The notes beneath the pieces are model-generated. The model ran no database searches. It saw only the letters and a list, made by a program, of their open reading frames with translations, and was not told the DNA's origin. The position numbers and the translations under genes were made by a program. Below are positions 1 to 8,024 of a DNA stretch of 64,000 nt, piece after piece (within the stretch, counting starts at the first letter, position 1; the number at the start of each line of letters is the position of its first letter). Source of the DNA: Acidobacteriota bacterium (lineage in GTDB: Bacteria; Acidobacteriota; Terriglobia; 20CM-2-55-15); contig QHWY01000081.1 of NCBI GenBank assembly GCA_003223875.1, positions 35,388 through 99,387 of the forward strand, written 5' to 3'.

Positions 1-2
1 CC

Positions 3-125
3 GATAAGCAGATTCGCTGCATTCGGTTATTTCAGGATCCGTCGGGTTGGACGCCGTGGTACACCGATAGCGCGGTCGATGAGAATTTCGAACCCGTCTG
101 CCTCGGGCGCGCCTTTATCGCCTGA
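3..125 (+). CDS. mtnD: acireductone dioxygenase, C-terminal part (runs off window start)
   Basis: Manual translation DKQIRCIRLFQDPSGWTPWYT...AFIA* matches the ARD C-terminal IRLFxDPxGW motif. Its stop overlaps the mtnC ATG (TGATG). Confidence 0.8.
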   Translation, partial: DKQIRCIRLFQDPSGWTPWYTDSAVDENFEPVCLGRAFIA

Positions 126-814
126 TGAGCGTAATGCCGGTACGAGGCATTCTGCTCGACATCGAAGGTACGACAACACCGATTGCATTTGTCTATGATG
201 TCTTGTTTCCATTCGCCCGCCGCCGGGCTGTGGAATACGTAAAAGACGCGGACCTGACGGAACTGAAGCGTGAGCACGAGCAGGACGTTGTCGCTGGTAC
301 GAATCCACCACCCTGGTCCGCCGGACCCGTCCAATACATTCATTGGTTGATGGACAAAGATCGCAAATCAACCGCGCTGAAGAATATCCAAGGCAAGATC
401 TGGCTCGAGGGTTATGAAAGCGGTGAGCTACGCGGCGAAGTCTTTCCGGATGTCGCACCGGCGCTCGAGCGGTGGCGCCAAAGTCACATTGATGTCCGCA
501 TTTTTTCCTCGGGAAGTGTGCTGGCCCAGCGCCTGCTTTTCTCCACCACCACTGCAGGCGACCTCACCAAATACATCAAGGGGTATTTCGATACGACCAC
601 AGGACCGAAGGGCGATCCTTCAAGCTATAGAACCATTGCGGATGCGTTTCATATTCCGGCGGGGGACATCTTATTCATCTCGGATGTCAGTCGCGAACTC
701 GATGCCGCCCGCAGCGCAGGCATGCAGACTCTGTTGTGCGTCCGGCCTGGAAATCATCCACAACCGGCGAATACTCACGACACCATTACGAGCTTCGATA
801 ACGTGGTTGTTTGA
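125..814 (+). CDS. mtnC: enolase-phosphatase E1 (acireductone synthase, HAD family)
   Basis: LLDIEGTTTPI, DKDRKSTALKNIQGKIW, FSSGSVLAQRLLF, LFISD motifs. Confidence 0.95.
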   Translation: MSVMPVRGILLDIEGTTTPIAFVYDVLFPFARRRAVEYVKDADLTELKREHEQDVVAGTNPPPWSAGPVQYIHWLMDKDRKSTALKNIQGKIWLEGYESGELRGEVFPDVAPALERWRQSHIDVRIFSSGSVLAQRLLFSTTTAGDLTKYIKGYFDTTTGPKGDPSSYRTIADAFHIPAGDILFISDVSRELDAARSAGMQTLLCVRPGNHPQPANTHDTITSFDNVVV

Positions 815-977
815 ATTCCCCTCCTCGCAGAGGAGGGGAGGCTGCGCCGACAGCCAGCAGGCTGTCGGCGCAGACGGGGTGGTCAGACTGGAGCCAATTG
901 TTTCGCCGAACTGACCACCCCGGCGCGTCAGTCTGCGACTGTCGCGCCACCCCTCCTCTGCGAGGAGGGGAATTCAA
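811..977. repeat. palindromic REP/MITE-like element, CCCCTCC..GGAGGGG family, copy 1
   Basis: 28-bp perfect terminal inverted repeat (811-838 / 950-977) with internal hairpins, between convergent genes. Relatives at 7773-8008 and 20642-20751. Confidence 0.9.
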
Positions 978-983
978 CACCCG

Positions 984-1532
984 TCATTTAGTCCCGAACC
1001 CTGCGATCACAGCGATTTCGATATCGATGTTCTCATCTCTCTGAACGTCCGCCAAGCGCGCACGGAGCTGATTGATGTTGGTTCGGAGGGGTACGGCAAG
1101 CCTAGCTTCGAGCTGAAAGAGCGGTGTGCCGCTCATCGGCGCGAAATATGTCTTGGTCTCCATCGATTCAATGTTGACGGCCAGTTCGCGAAGCACACCG
1201 CTGATCTTGTGAACAATCCCTGGATGATCCATGCAGGCAGCAGTCAACGTACATGGGATAAAAGCTTCTGTCGTTTTTCTGGGCGAAGGCGCTTTAACGG
1301 CGATCGACAGGCCCGTTTCCGATTCGATTTCGCGGTAGTCGCGCGCAACCTTGGTCAGCTGGCCGGCTTCGCCGGTAATCAAAATGATGACGGCGAACTC
1401 ACCGCAAAACGCGGCCATCTTGCTATCTTCGATGTTGCAACCGTGGCGTGAGAGGAACTCCGACAGCTTCTCGACCAGGCCAACGCGATCGGGCCCGATA
1501 GCGGTCAAGATCAAGTGATCCTTTTCTGGCAT
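984..1532 (-). CDS. double-ACT-domain protein (GcvR-like)
   Basis: LILTAIGPDRVGLV...GCNIEDSKM and DHPGIVHKIS...NIESMET ACT repeats. Start re-assigned to MPEKDH at 1532. Confidence 0.85.
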   Translation of the reverse strand: MPEKDHLILTAIGPDRVGLVEKLSEFLSRHGCNIEDSKMAAFCGEFAVIILITGEAGQLTKVARDYREIESETGLSIAVKAPSPRKTTEAFIPCTLTAACMDHPGIVHKISGVLRELAVNIESMETKTYFAPMSGTPLFQLEARLAVPLRTNINQLRARLADVQRDENIDIEIAVIAGFGTK

Positions 1533-1596
1533 GGATGAAGGATTGTAACACTGTGCGCCGTGGTGTAGAGTTGCTCCATCTTCTAAGGGGGCTTCC

Positions 1597-2664
1597 ATGA
1601 ATCGAACATCCAAATTGGGTTTGCTGGCGGTGCTTGTGCTTGCCACGGTTCCTCTCTTCGCGCAGCAAAATGTGCCGCCTCGAGCAAAGGCATTCGAGAC
1701 GGCGCCTGAGATACCGTACGACTCGGTGCCGAATTTTCTGAAACTGCCGCAGAACTTGTATCTGGGCGAAGGCATCGGTGTGGCGCGAAATTCGAAGGGC
1801 CACGTTTTCGTATTCACCCGGAGCGGCGAAACCCGCCTGTTCGAGTTCGATCAGAATGGAAATTACGTGCGCGAGATCGGCCAGGGCTTATATGGCTTCG
1901 AGATGGCGCACGGCGTACGCGTCGATTCGCAGGACAACATTTGGGCGGTGGACGAAGGAACCAACATGGTCATCAAGTTCAGTCCGGAAGGGCGCGTGCT
2001 GATGACGATGGGTCGAAGAGAAGAAGCCGTTGAAGGTGTGCGCGCCACCCCGGCGCCTGGAACCCCGCCACCTTCGGCGCAACCTTATCGGTTCAACCGG
2101 CCGACCGATGTTACTTGGGATCCCGCTGGAAACATCTACATCTCGGATGGATACGGCAATTCGCGGGTGGCGAAATACGACAAGAACGGCCGTTTCATCA
2201 AAGAGGTCGGCACGCGCGGCACGCAACCCGGTCAAATGAACACCCCCCACTCGATCACGTCGGACGCCAAGGGAAATATCTACGTGGCGGACCGAGGAAA
2301 CAGGCGCATTCAAGTGTTCGACAGCGATCTGAACCTCGTGAAAATCTACGATAATGTCGGTGCACCGTGGGCCGTGTGCATCAGTCCTGGCCCGCATCAA
2401 TATCTCTATAGTTCCAATTCCAATCCCGACAATAATGACTCACGCCTGATGGCCGTCAGCGGCGAGGTTTACAAGATGGAACTCGATGGCACGATCGTCG
2501 GCAAGTTCGGCAAGCCCGGAAAACAACTCGGCGAATTCAGCACGATCCATGCAATCGATTGCCGGAATGAAAACGAACTCGTCGTTGCCGAAATCACGGC
2601 CTGGCGCATACAAAAGCTCGTGCTGAAACCGCAGCGCGTACAAACGTCGTCGAGAGCAAAGTGA
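1597..2664 (+). CDS. secreted NHL-repeat protein, peptidyl-alpha-hydroxyglycine alpha-amidating lyase (PAL)-like
   Basis: Signal peptide; AHGVRVD, FNRPTDV, SDGYGNSRV, PHSI, ADRGNRRIQ motifs. Confidence 0.85.
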   Translation: MNRTSKLGLLAVLVLATVPLFAQQNVPPRAKAFETAPEIPYDSVPNFLKLPQNLYLGEGIGVARNSKGHVFVFTRSGETRLFEFDQNGNYVREIGQGLYGFEMAHGVRVDSQDNIWAVDEGTNMVIKFSPEGRVLMTMGRREEAVEGVRATPAPGTPPPSAQPYRFNRPTDVTWDPAGNIYISDGYGNSRVAKYDKNGRFIKEVGTRGTQPGQMNTPHSITSDAKGNIYVADRGNRRIQVFDSDLNLVKIYDNVGAPWAVCISPGPHQYLYSSNSNPDNNDSRLMAVSGEVYKMELDGTIVGKFGKPGKQLGEFSTIHAIDCRNENELVVAEITAWRIQKLVLKPQRVQTSSRAK

Positions 2665-2678
2665 GAGCGGAGGAAATC

Positions 2679-3767
2679 ATGAAGCGTGGTTCAATTGTTT
2701 TATTTGTCATCTTCATGCTGCGATTCGCGGGCCCGGCGTTCGCACAAAGCGTTCCGGAAATTCCTTTCGACTCCGCGCCCAATTTCCTCAAGCTCCCGGA
2801 CGGCTTATATCTCGGTGAAGCTGCCGGCGTGGCAACTAATTCCAAGGGACACGTGTTCGTCTACACGCGAACCGGCTCTCCAAGAGTGACGATCGGAACG
2901 AATCGAACGTTCGCACGCACCTCGGCGCGCTTGTTCGAATTCGACCAAACCGGCAAGTACGTGCGCGAGATTGGCCAGGGTCTATACGGATTTGTTTTCG
3001 CGCATGGTGTCCGCGTCGACCGGCAGGACAACATTTGGGTCATCGATGAGGGAGCGAACATGGTGATCAAGTTCGATCCCGATGGACGTGTACTCATGAC
3101 GCTGGGCCGGAAACCCGAAGCGTTGGTTGTTCCGGCGCCATCCGGCGGCGGAGGAGAGGGAGGACGTGGCGAAGGCGGACGCGGAGGTCGCGGTGGACCG
3201 CCAGGCGCGGGCATTCCGGGCGACAACTTCAACCGGCCGACGGATGTTGCGTGGGATTCCGCCGGAAATATCTTCGTTGCCGACGGCTATGGCAACTCCC
3301 GCGTCGCGAAGTTTGACAAGAACGGAAAGTTCATCAAGTCATGGGGCCAGAGAGGGACGGAGCCGGGACAGTTCAACCTGCCGCACACGATTGCCGTCGA
3401 TGCGCAAAACAACGTGTATGTGGGCGACCGGGAAAACAAGCGTATTCAAGTATTCGATGCCGACGGCAACTTCAAGACGCAGATCAGCAATGCCGGTACC
3501 CCGTATGCAATCTGCATTACACCCGGTCCGCGGCAATTCCTCTACACCTCGAACTCGAATCCCAGTACGACGCTGGACAATGGGGAAATTTACAAGCTGA
3601 CGCTCGATGGAAAGGTGGTCGGTAAATTCGGCAGAGCGGGAAAGCTCCTCAAAGAGTTCGGCACCGTCCATGCCATGGATTGCCACGGCGAGAATGAAAT
3701 CTACGTCGCCGAAACGGTGAACTGGAGAGTGCAGAAGCTCACGCTGCGGCCTGCGCAATCGAACTGA
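2679..3767 (+). CDS. secreted NHL-repeat PAL-like protein (paralog of upstream gene) with Gly-rich loop
   Basis: Same motifs (ADGYGNSRV, PHTI, GDRENKRIQ); GGAGG RBS before ATG 2679. Confidence 0.85.
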   Translation: MKRGSIVLFVIFMLRFAGPAFAQSVPEIPFDSAPNFLKLPDGLYLGEAAGVATNSKGHVFVYTRTGSPRVTIGTNRTFARTSARLFEFDQTGKYVREIGQGLYGFVFAHGVRVDRQDNIWVIDEGANMVIKFDPDGRVLMTLGRKPEALVVPAPSGGGGEGGRGEGGRGGRGGPPGAGIPGDNFNRPTDVAWDSAGNIFVADGYGNSRVAKFDKNGKFIKSWGQRGTEPGQFNLPHTIAVDAQNNVYVGDRENKRIQVFDADGNFKTQISNAGTPYAICITPGPRQFLYTSNSNPSTTLDNGEIYKLTLDGKVVGKFGRAGKLLKEFGTVHAMDCHGENEIYVAETVNWRVQKLTLRPAQSN

Positions 3768-3775
3768 TGGAAAGG

Positions 3776-3835
3776 GAGAGGGGCGCGCACCTGAATTCCC
3801 GAATTAATTCGGGAATTCAGGTGCGCGCCCCTCTC
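3776..3835. repeat. 60-bp perfect loopless palindrome (GGGGCGCRCACCTGAATTC family)
   Basis: Centre at 3805/3806, 30-bp arms exactly complementary; relative at 47684-47723. Confidence 0.95.
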
Positions 3836-4158
3836 TATGCTTTATCGATCTTAGCGGCCAGGATGAAATCGCTTTCGGTGAGGCCGTCGATCTTGTGGGT
3901 CCAGATTTTCACTCCGACCTTACCCCACGCCAAGTAAATGTCCGGATGATGTCCCTGCTCTTCCGCGATGGCACCGACTTTGTTCGTAAAATCCAGAGCT
4001 GTTTTGAAATCGGGAAACTTGAACTCTTTCTCGATGTGGTGATTGTTGATGACGTGCCAGTTCTCGACCTGAGCAGCTAACGGCTTGATTTGCTCTGACG
4101 TCAAAGGCGGCACTCCGCCTCGACACGGAACGCAGGTCTTCTCCGCAAGTCCAGCCAT
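3835..4158 (-). CDS. phhB: pterin-4-alpha-carbinolamine dehydratase
   Basis: CVPCRGG, AEEQGHHPDI, WTHKIDGLTESDFILAAKID; GAGGAGG RBS before ATG 4158. Confidence 0.92.
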   Translation of the reverse strand: MAGLAEKTCVPCRGGVPPLTSEQIKPLAAQVENWHVINNHHIEKEFKFPDFKTALDFTNKVGAIAEEQGHHPDIYLAWGKVGVKIWTHKIDGLTESDFILAAKIDKA

Positions 4159-4339
4159 AGAATTCCTCCTCGACAAGCTGTAACCAGCTTGTCCGCAGTC
4201 TGCCATCCATGGCATGCGCCAAACCATCCATGGGGCGCAAAGACCCTTCACCTTGTTTTCATAGAACTTTTGGCACTACCGAATCTCAGCTTATTATAAT
4301 GTCCCGCATGACAGTGCTTGCTCGGATGCGCTGGAGCGA

Positions 4340-4503
4340 CATCTGCAGGCGTTCAGAGAGGTCTGTCTGCCATCGCTCGTACTCCGCCTTCGTCACCAGT
4401 GGATGCGCGGCAGTTCCCTGCGGTCCGGCCGGGCGCGAGACCACCCTGCCACGATCATGCCAAGCAGAACCACAACTGAAGCAACTGCGATCACCGTTCG
4501 CAT
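4340..4503 (-). pseudogene. remnant of a secreted cyclase-family-like gene
   Basis: AAGGAGGA RBS, signal peptide MRTVIAVASVVVLLGMIVAGWSRA, frameshift into PLVTKAEYERWQTDLS (resembles the segment preceding NWGRWG in cyclase-family proteins), then loss of similarity. Confidence 0.45.
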
Positions 4504-4551
4504 GATTCCTCCTTGCAGATTTGAGAAGATCGTGCACAGTATATCCTCCAC

Positions 4552-5340
4552 ATGATGCTGAAAAACAAAATCGCTTTGGTGACCGGCGGAAGTCAGGGCA
4601 TTGGGAAGGCAATTTCGGAGAAGCTGTGTGCAGCGGGCGCGGCCGTCGCCATCGCGGCGCTGGATGATGAAGCACTAAAGCGTGCCTCGGCGGAGTTTCA
4701 GTCGCGAGGGTTGAAGTTCAAAGCCTACGGTGTAGACCTCTGCGACGATGCTCAACTGGATTCGCTCGTGAAGTCCATTGTCCGGGACCTCGGGCCGGTG
4801 GATATTCTCATCAACAACGCCGGAATTACCGGACCGACCGGCCGCGCTGACGAGATCGCGATCAGCGATTGGGACAAGACGCTGCGGATCGATCTCCGTG
4901 CGCCGTTCTTATTGAGCCGGGCCGTGATTCCTTCGATGATCGAGAGAAAGACCGGGAGAATCATCAATATCTCTTCCATCGCAGGAAAGATGGCGTATCC
5001 GCTCCGGTCCCCGTATGCCGCTTCAAAGTGGGGCCTGGTTGGACTGACTCTGACGCTGGCTCAGGAACTCGGCCCATACAACATTCGCGTCAACGTCATC
5101 TGCCCCGGACCGACGCGTACCGAGATGATCGATTCTGCCATCCGCGCTCGCGCTGCAGCCGCCGGCGTCGAGGTGGAAGTCATGGCTCAGGAATATGTCC
5201 GCGCTACCGCGTTAAAGAGGATGGTCCTTCCCGAAGAGGTCGCCGGTCTGGCGCTATTCCTCTGCTCGCCTGAATCCGATGCGATCACCGGACAGGCGAT
5301 CGACGTCAGCGCCGGCTATGGGTTCAGGATTGGGAATTAA
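4552..5340 (+). CDS. SDR family NAD(P)-dependent oxidoreductase
   Basis: TGGSQGIG, NNAG, YAASK. Confidence 0.95.
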   Translation: MMLKNKIALVTGGSQGIGKAISEKLCAAGAAVAIAALDDEALKRASAEFQSRGLKFKAYGVDLCDDAQLDSLVKSIVRDLGPVDILINNAGITGPTGRADEIAISDWDKTLRIDLRAPFLLSRAVIPSMIERKTGRIINISSIAGKMAYPLRSPYAASKWGLVGLTLTLAQELGPYNIRVNVICPGPTRTEMIDSAIRARAAAAGVEVEVMAQEYVRATALKRMVLPEEVAGLALFLCSPESDAITGQAIDVSAGYGFRIGN

Positions 5341-5463
5341 CAAATGACTGATGAACAACACCTTGAAGATGGTCCTGCTAGCAGGGGAGGGGGAATGCGT
5401 TCTACACGATCACGCCAGCCGGGCCGAGCTTTTCCTTCCAGACGCCACAGCCGCCCCGCTTCT

Positions 5464-6294
5464 TTACAGCATTTCGAGCGGTTCGTCCTTGCCAGCCGGT
5501 GGAAACGTGTCGTCGATGAGCTTCAAGTCCTCGTCGTTTAATTTCCATCCGGTCCCTCCGGCATTCTCGCGGACATGTTCGGCTTTGCTCGCCTTACAAA
5601 TCGCGAACAAGCTGTTGCGGCGAGTGAGAAAATTCAGCGCGACTTGATGCGGCGTCTTTCCGTGACGATCCGCGATCGTTTGGAGCGCTTTTCCCTGTTT
5701 GCTTCCCGGCGAAGGAAAATCGCCTTGATCGAACGGCGAATAGCCGACTACCGCAATGTTTTGCGATTCGCAGAACGGCAGGACATGATTCTCGACTGCA
5801 CGGGAGCGCAAGTGGTAGATCACCTGGTTGCAGGTAATCTTTTCGCGCGTCAGCGCCTTCTGCGCCTGTTTCAGTCGATCGACCTCGAAATTACTGACGC
5901 CGATGTAACGGACTTTTCCCGCTGCCACGAGCTCTTCCATGGCGCGCATCGTTTCTTCGATCGGATGGGAGCCGCTCCACCAATGAAGAAGGTACACGTC
6001 GAGGGATTCGGTCCTCAGACGCTTCAGACTGGCATCGCATGCGCGAAGCGTGCCTTTGTAGGAAGCGTTTGAGGGAAGAACTTTGCTTACCAGGAAAATC
6101 CTGTTTCGAATCCCCCGGATCGCTTCGGCGATGATTTCTTCCGAACCCGTGTACATCTCCGCGGTATCGAGATGCGTCATGCCGAGCTCGATTCCGGTCC
6201 GTAGCGCCTCCAGGCCATCTCGTCCCAACTGCCAAGTTCCTTGCCCGATAACAGGAACTTGTACACCTGTGGCGCCGAATTCGCGTCCGACCAT
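5464..6294 (-). CDS. aldo/keto reductase
   Basis: IGQGTW, DTAEMY, LDVYLLHW, IGVSNF. Confidence 0.95.
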   Translation of the reverse strand: MVGREFGATGVQVPVIGQGTWQLGRDGLEALRTGIELGMTHLDTAEMYTGSEEIIAEAIRGIRNRIFLVSKVLPSNASYKGTLRACDASLKRLRTESLDVYLLHWWSGSHPIEETMRAMEELVAAGKVRYIGVSNFEVDRLKQAQKALTREKITCNQVIYHLRSRAVENHVLPFCESQNIAVVGYSPFDQGDFPSPGSKQGKALQTIADRHGKTPHQVALNFLTRRNSLFAICKASKAEHVRENAGGTGWKLNDEDLKLIDDTFPPAGKDEPLEML

Positions 6295-6297
6295 AGA

Positions 6298-6981
6298 TCA
6301 AGGTATAGGGATTGGCGACGGGGTCAGACGTGTAAATGATTTTCCATCGGACTGGAACATTTGGACGGTTCGCAGCCGAGTGGGTATGGTAACCGTCGGA
6401 GTTACGCCCGTTGGGCCAAGAATGAAGGGAAAGGCGGTCGTATCGACAAATGCAATAGTGTCGGGGGCAACATCGTCTCCGACCGCCGATACTTTCACTT
6501 CAGCCTGTAATGGCACAGCCTCAGATGGCAGACTCGGAAACAGCGGTCCCAAGGCCACCAGGGACCGAGTCGTCAGCCAAGGCTGGGCCGGTTGGGCCGG
6601 TTGGGCCGACGTCGTAAGCGTTGGGTAATCGGTAATGACCGCATACACCGCATACCGTCCGACCCCGACCAGCTGGAGTGTCCCATTAAATTGCGCCGTG
6701 CTTTTCGTTTTTGCATCGCTTTCAATGACCGTCACACGCGTTGTCCTGGTCGGTGAAGGCCGAATGCCATTCGCGAGGGGTAATGGATACTCGTAAGTCA
6801 CATCCAGGATCCATACTCTCCCACTATGATCGATCACTGAATTGCTAAAGCCGTAGGGTATCGGCGCGATTGTGGGTATTGCTGCCGGAATTGCCTCAAC
6901 AACGGGACCCGGATCGTGCACCTGGGCCGCCGCCGTGTTCGCCGCAACGAAAAGAATCAAACATGCATAAAACGACCGCAT
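6298..6981 (-). CDS. hypothetical secreted Pro/Thr-rich protein
   Basis: AGGAGG RBS before ATG 6981; signal peptide ending AAA-Q; AQP tripeptide repeat. Confidence 0.7.
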   Translation of the reverse strand: MRSFYACLILFVAANTAAAQVHDPGPVVEAIPAAIPTIAPIPYGFSNSVIDHSGRVWILDVTYEYPLPLANGIRPSPTRTTRVTVIESDAKTKSTAQFNGTLQLVGVGRYAVYAVITDYPTLTTSAQPAQPAQPWLTTRSLVALGPLFPSLPSEAVPLQAEVKVSAVGDDVAPDTIAFVDTTAFPFILGPTGVTPTVTIPTRLRTVQMFQSDGKSFTRLTPSPIPIP

Positions 6982-7035
6982 AGAACCTCCTGACATACCG
7001 GCATGTTAACGTGGGGACGTGCCGGACCGCAAAAA

Positions 7036-7140
7036 TTGGGAGAACATCCCGTAGCTGCGCAGATCACGGGAGTTGTGCTAGTGCTCGTTGGCGTATTCAT
7101 CGTCCGCTCACAAAAACCCATCGCGATTCCCGACGACTAG
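7036..7140 (+). pseudogene. C-terminal fragment of an EamA/DMT transporter
   Basis: Manual translation LGEHPVAAQITGVVLVLVGVFIVRS...* matches the typical last DMT helix; no upstream gene body. Confidence 0.45.
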
Positions 7141-7141
7141 T

Positions 7142-7758
7142 TTATTTTGGTTTGCCGAACCGCAAGACTAGGCCCACTGATGCGCGGTAGTTGTTCTGGC
7201 CGACTCCAGGAGCATTGGTCCGCAGATAATCCAATTGCAGAACGCGCATATCTGCGTTGGGTTTGAGGGGCCAATCCAGACCGCCTCCAATGGCCATCGC
7301 AAATGAGAAATCCGAAGCGTGGGGGCCGGGAGGTCCAACGGTCGCGCCGGTGTGGGCTCCCCCGAAGAGAATATGTGCAAACGGCACAGACGCGGATATG
7401 AGCCGTGCCGGTGCGGCATTCCCACCAGCTTTTGGAAAGGTGAACCGCGGGCCATACAAGATCGAGTAAATATGGTCTCGAGTCGTAACCCTCCCAATTG
7501 TTGGCGATTTGTAATAGCCGCTGATATCCAGCGTTCCTCCAAACCGCCGGTTCACGTTCTCCGTCACGGAGAAGTCCCAACCATTCATGTTCATATAGTG
7601 ATGCCGCGCCATGTAAATGAGGGGCGTCGGCCTTGAAATGAAATACTCCCGAACGTCAGCCCTTAACCGCCGAAGACTTCCCACGGGACCACTTCCTGAG
7701 CGAGACATGCCGTTCGAAACAATGTCAACAGCAAGAATGTGTATAGGACTCGCTTCAT
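7142..7758 (-). pseudogene. frameshifted small outer-membrane beta-barrel protein
   Basis: ATG 7758 gives MKRVLYTFLLLTLFRTACLAQEVVPWEVFGG* (stop 7663-7665). The barrel (NMNGWDFSV, YGPRFTF, PFAHILFGGAH, GGGLDW, SVGLVLRFG) continues in another frame. Confidence 0.75.
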
Positions 7759-7772
7759 GCGCTAGCGGGGCC

Positions 7773-8008
7773 ATTCCCCTCCTCGCAGAGGAGGGGTGGC
7801 TGCGCCGAGCGCAGCGAAGGCGCGGACGGGGTGGTCAGAACGGCGAAACGTTTCGCCGAACTGTCCACCCCTCCTCTGCAAGGAGGGGCTTTGCACAAAA
7901 AATCCTGGGCGGTCATAGACCGCCCCTACAGCTTGGGGTGCGCAACTGTAGGGGCGCTCTATGAGCGCCCGCGATGTATTTTTTGTGCAAAGCCGCAAGG
8001 AGGGGAAT
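7773..8008. repeat. CCCCTCC..GGAGGGG palindromic element copy 2, interrupted by a 108-bp MITE
   Basis: Ends closely match the 811-977 element; right arm split by the insertion at 7887-7994. Confidence 0.9.
7887..7994. mobile_element. 108-bp MITE (TIR GGCTTTGCACAAAAAA), copy 1
   Basis: 16-bp TIRs; direct repeat GCAAGGAGG at 7878-7886 and 7995-8003; internal GTAG-type REP doublet. Confidence 0.92.
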
Positions 8009-8024
8009 ATTGCGGTTCCAAAAC

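Noticed and set aside
786-1044. Short ORFs across palindromic repeats (also 7762-8167, 37964-38439)
   Set aside because: They are translations of REP/MITE sequence with no protein motifs.
5344-5647. ORFs following the SDR gene
   Set aside because: Overlap the convergent aldo/keto reductase and lack recognisable motifs.
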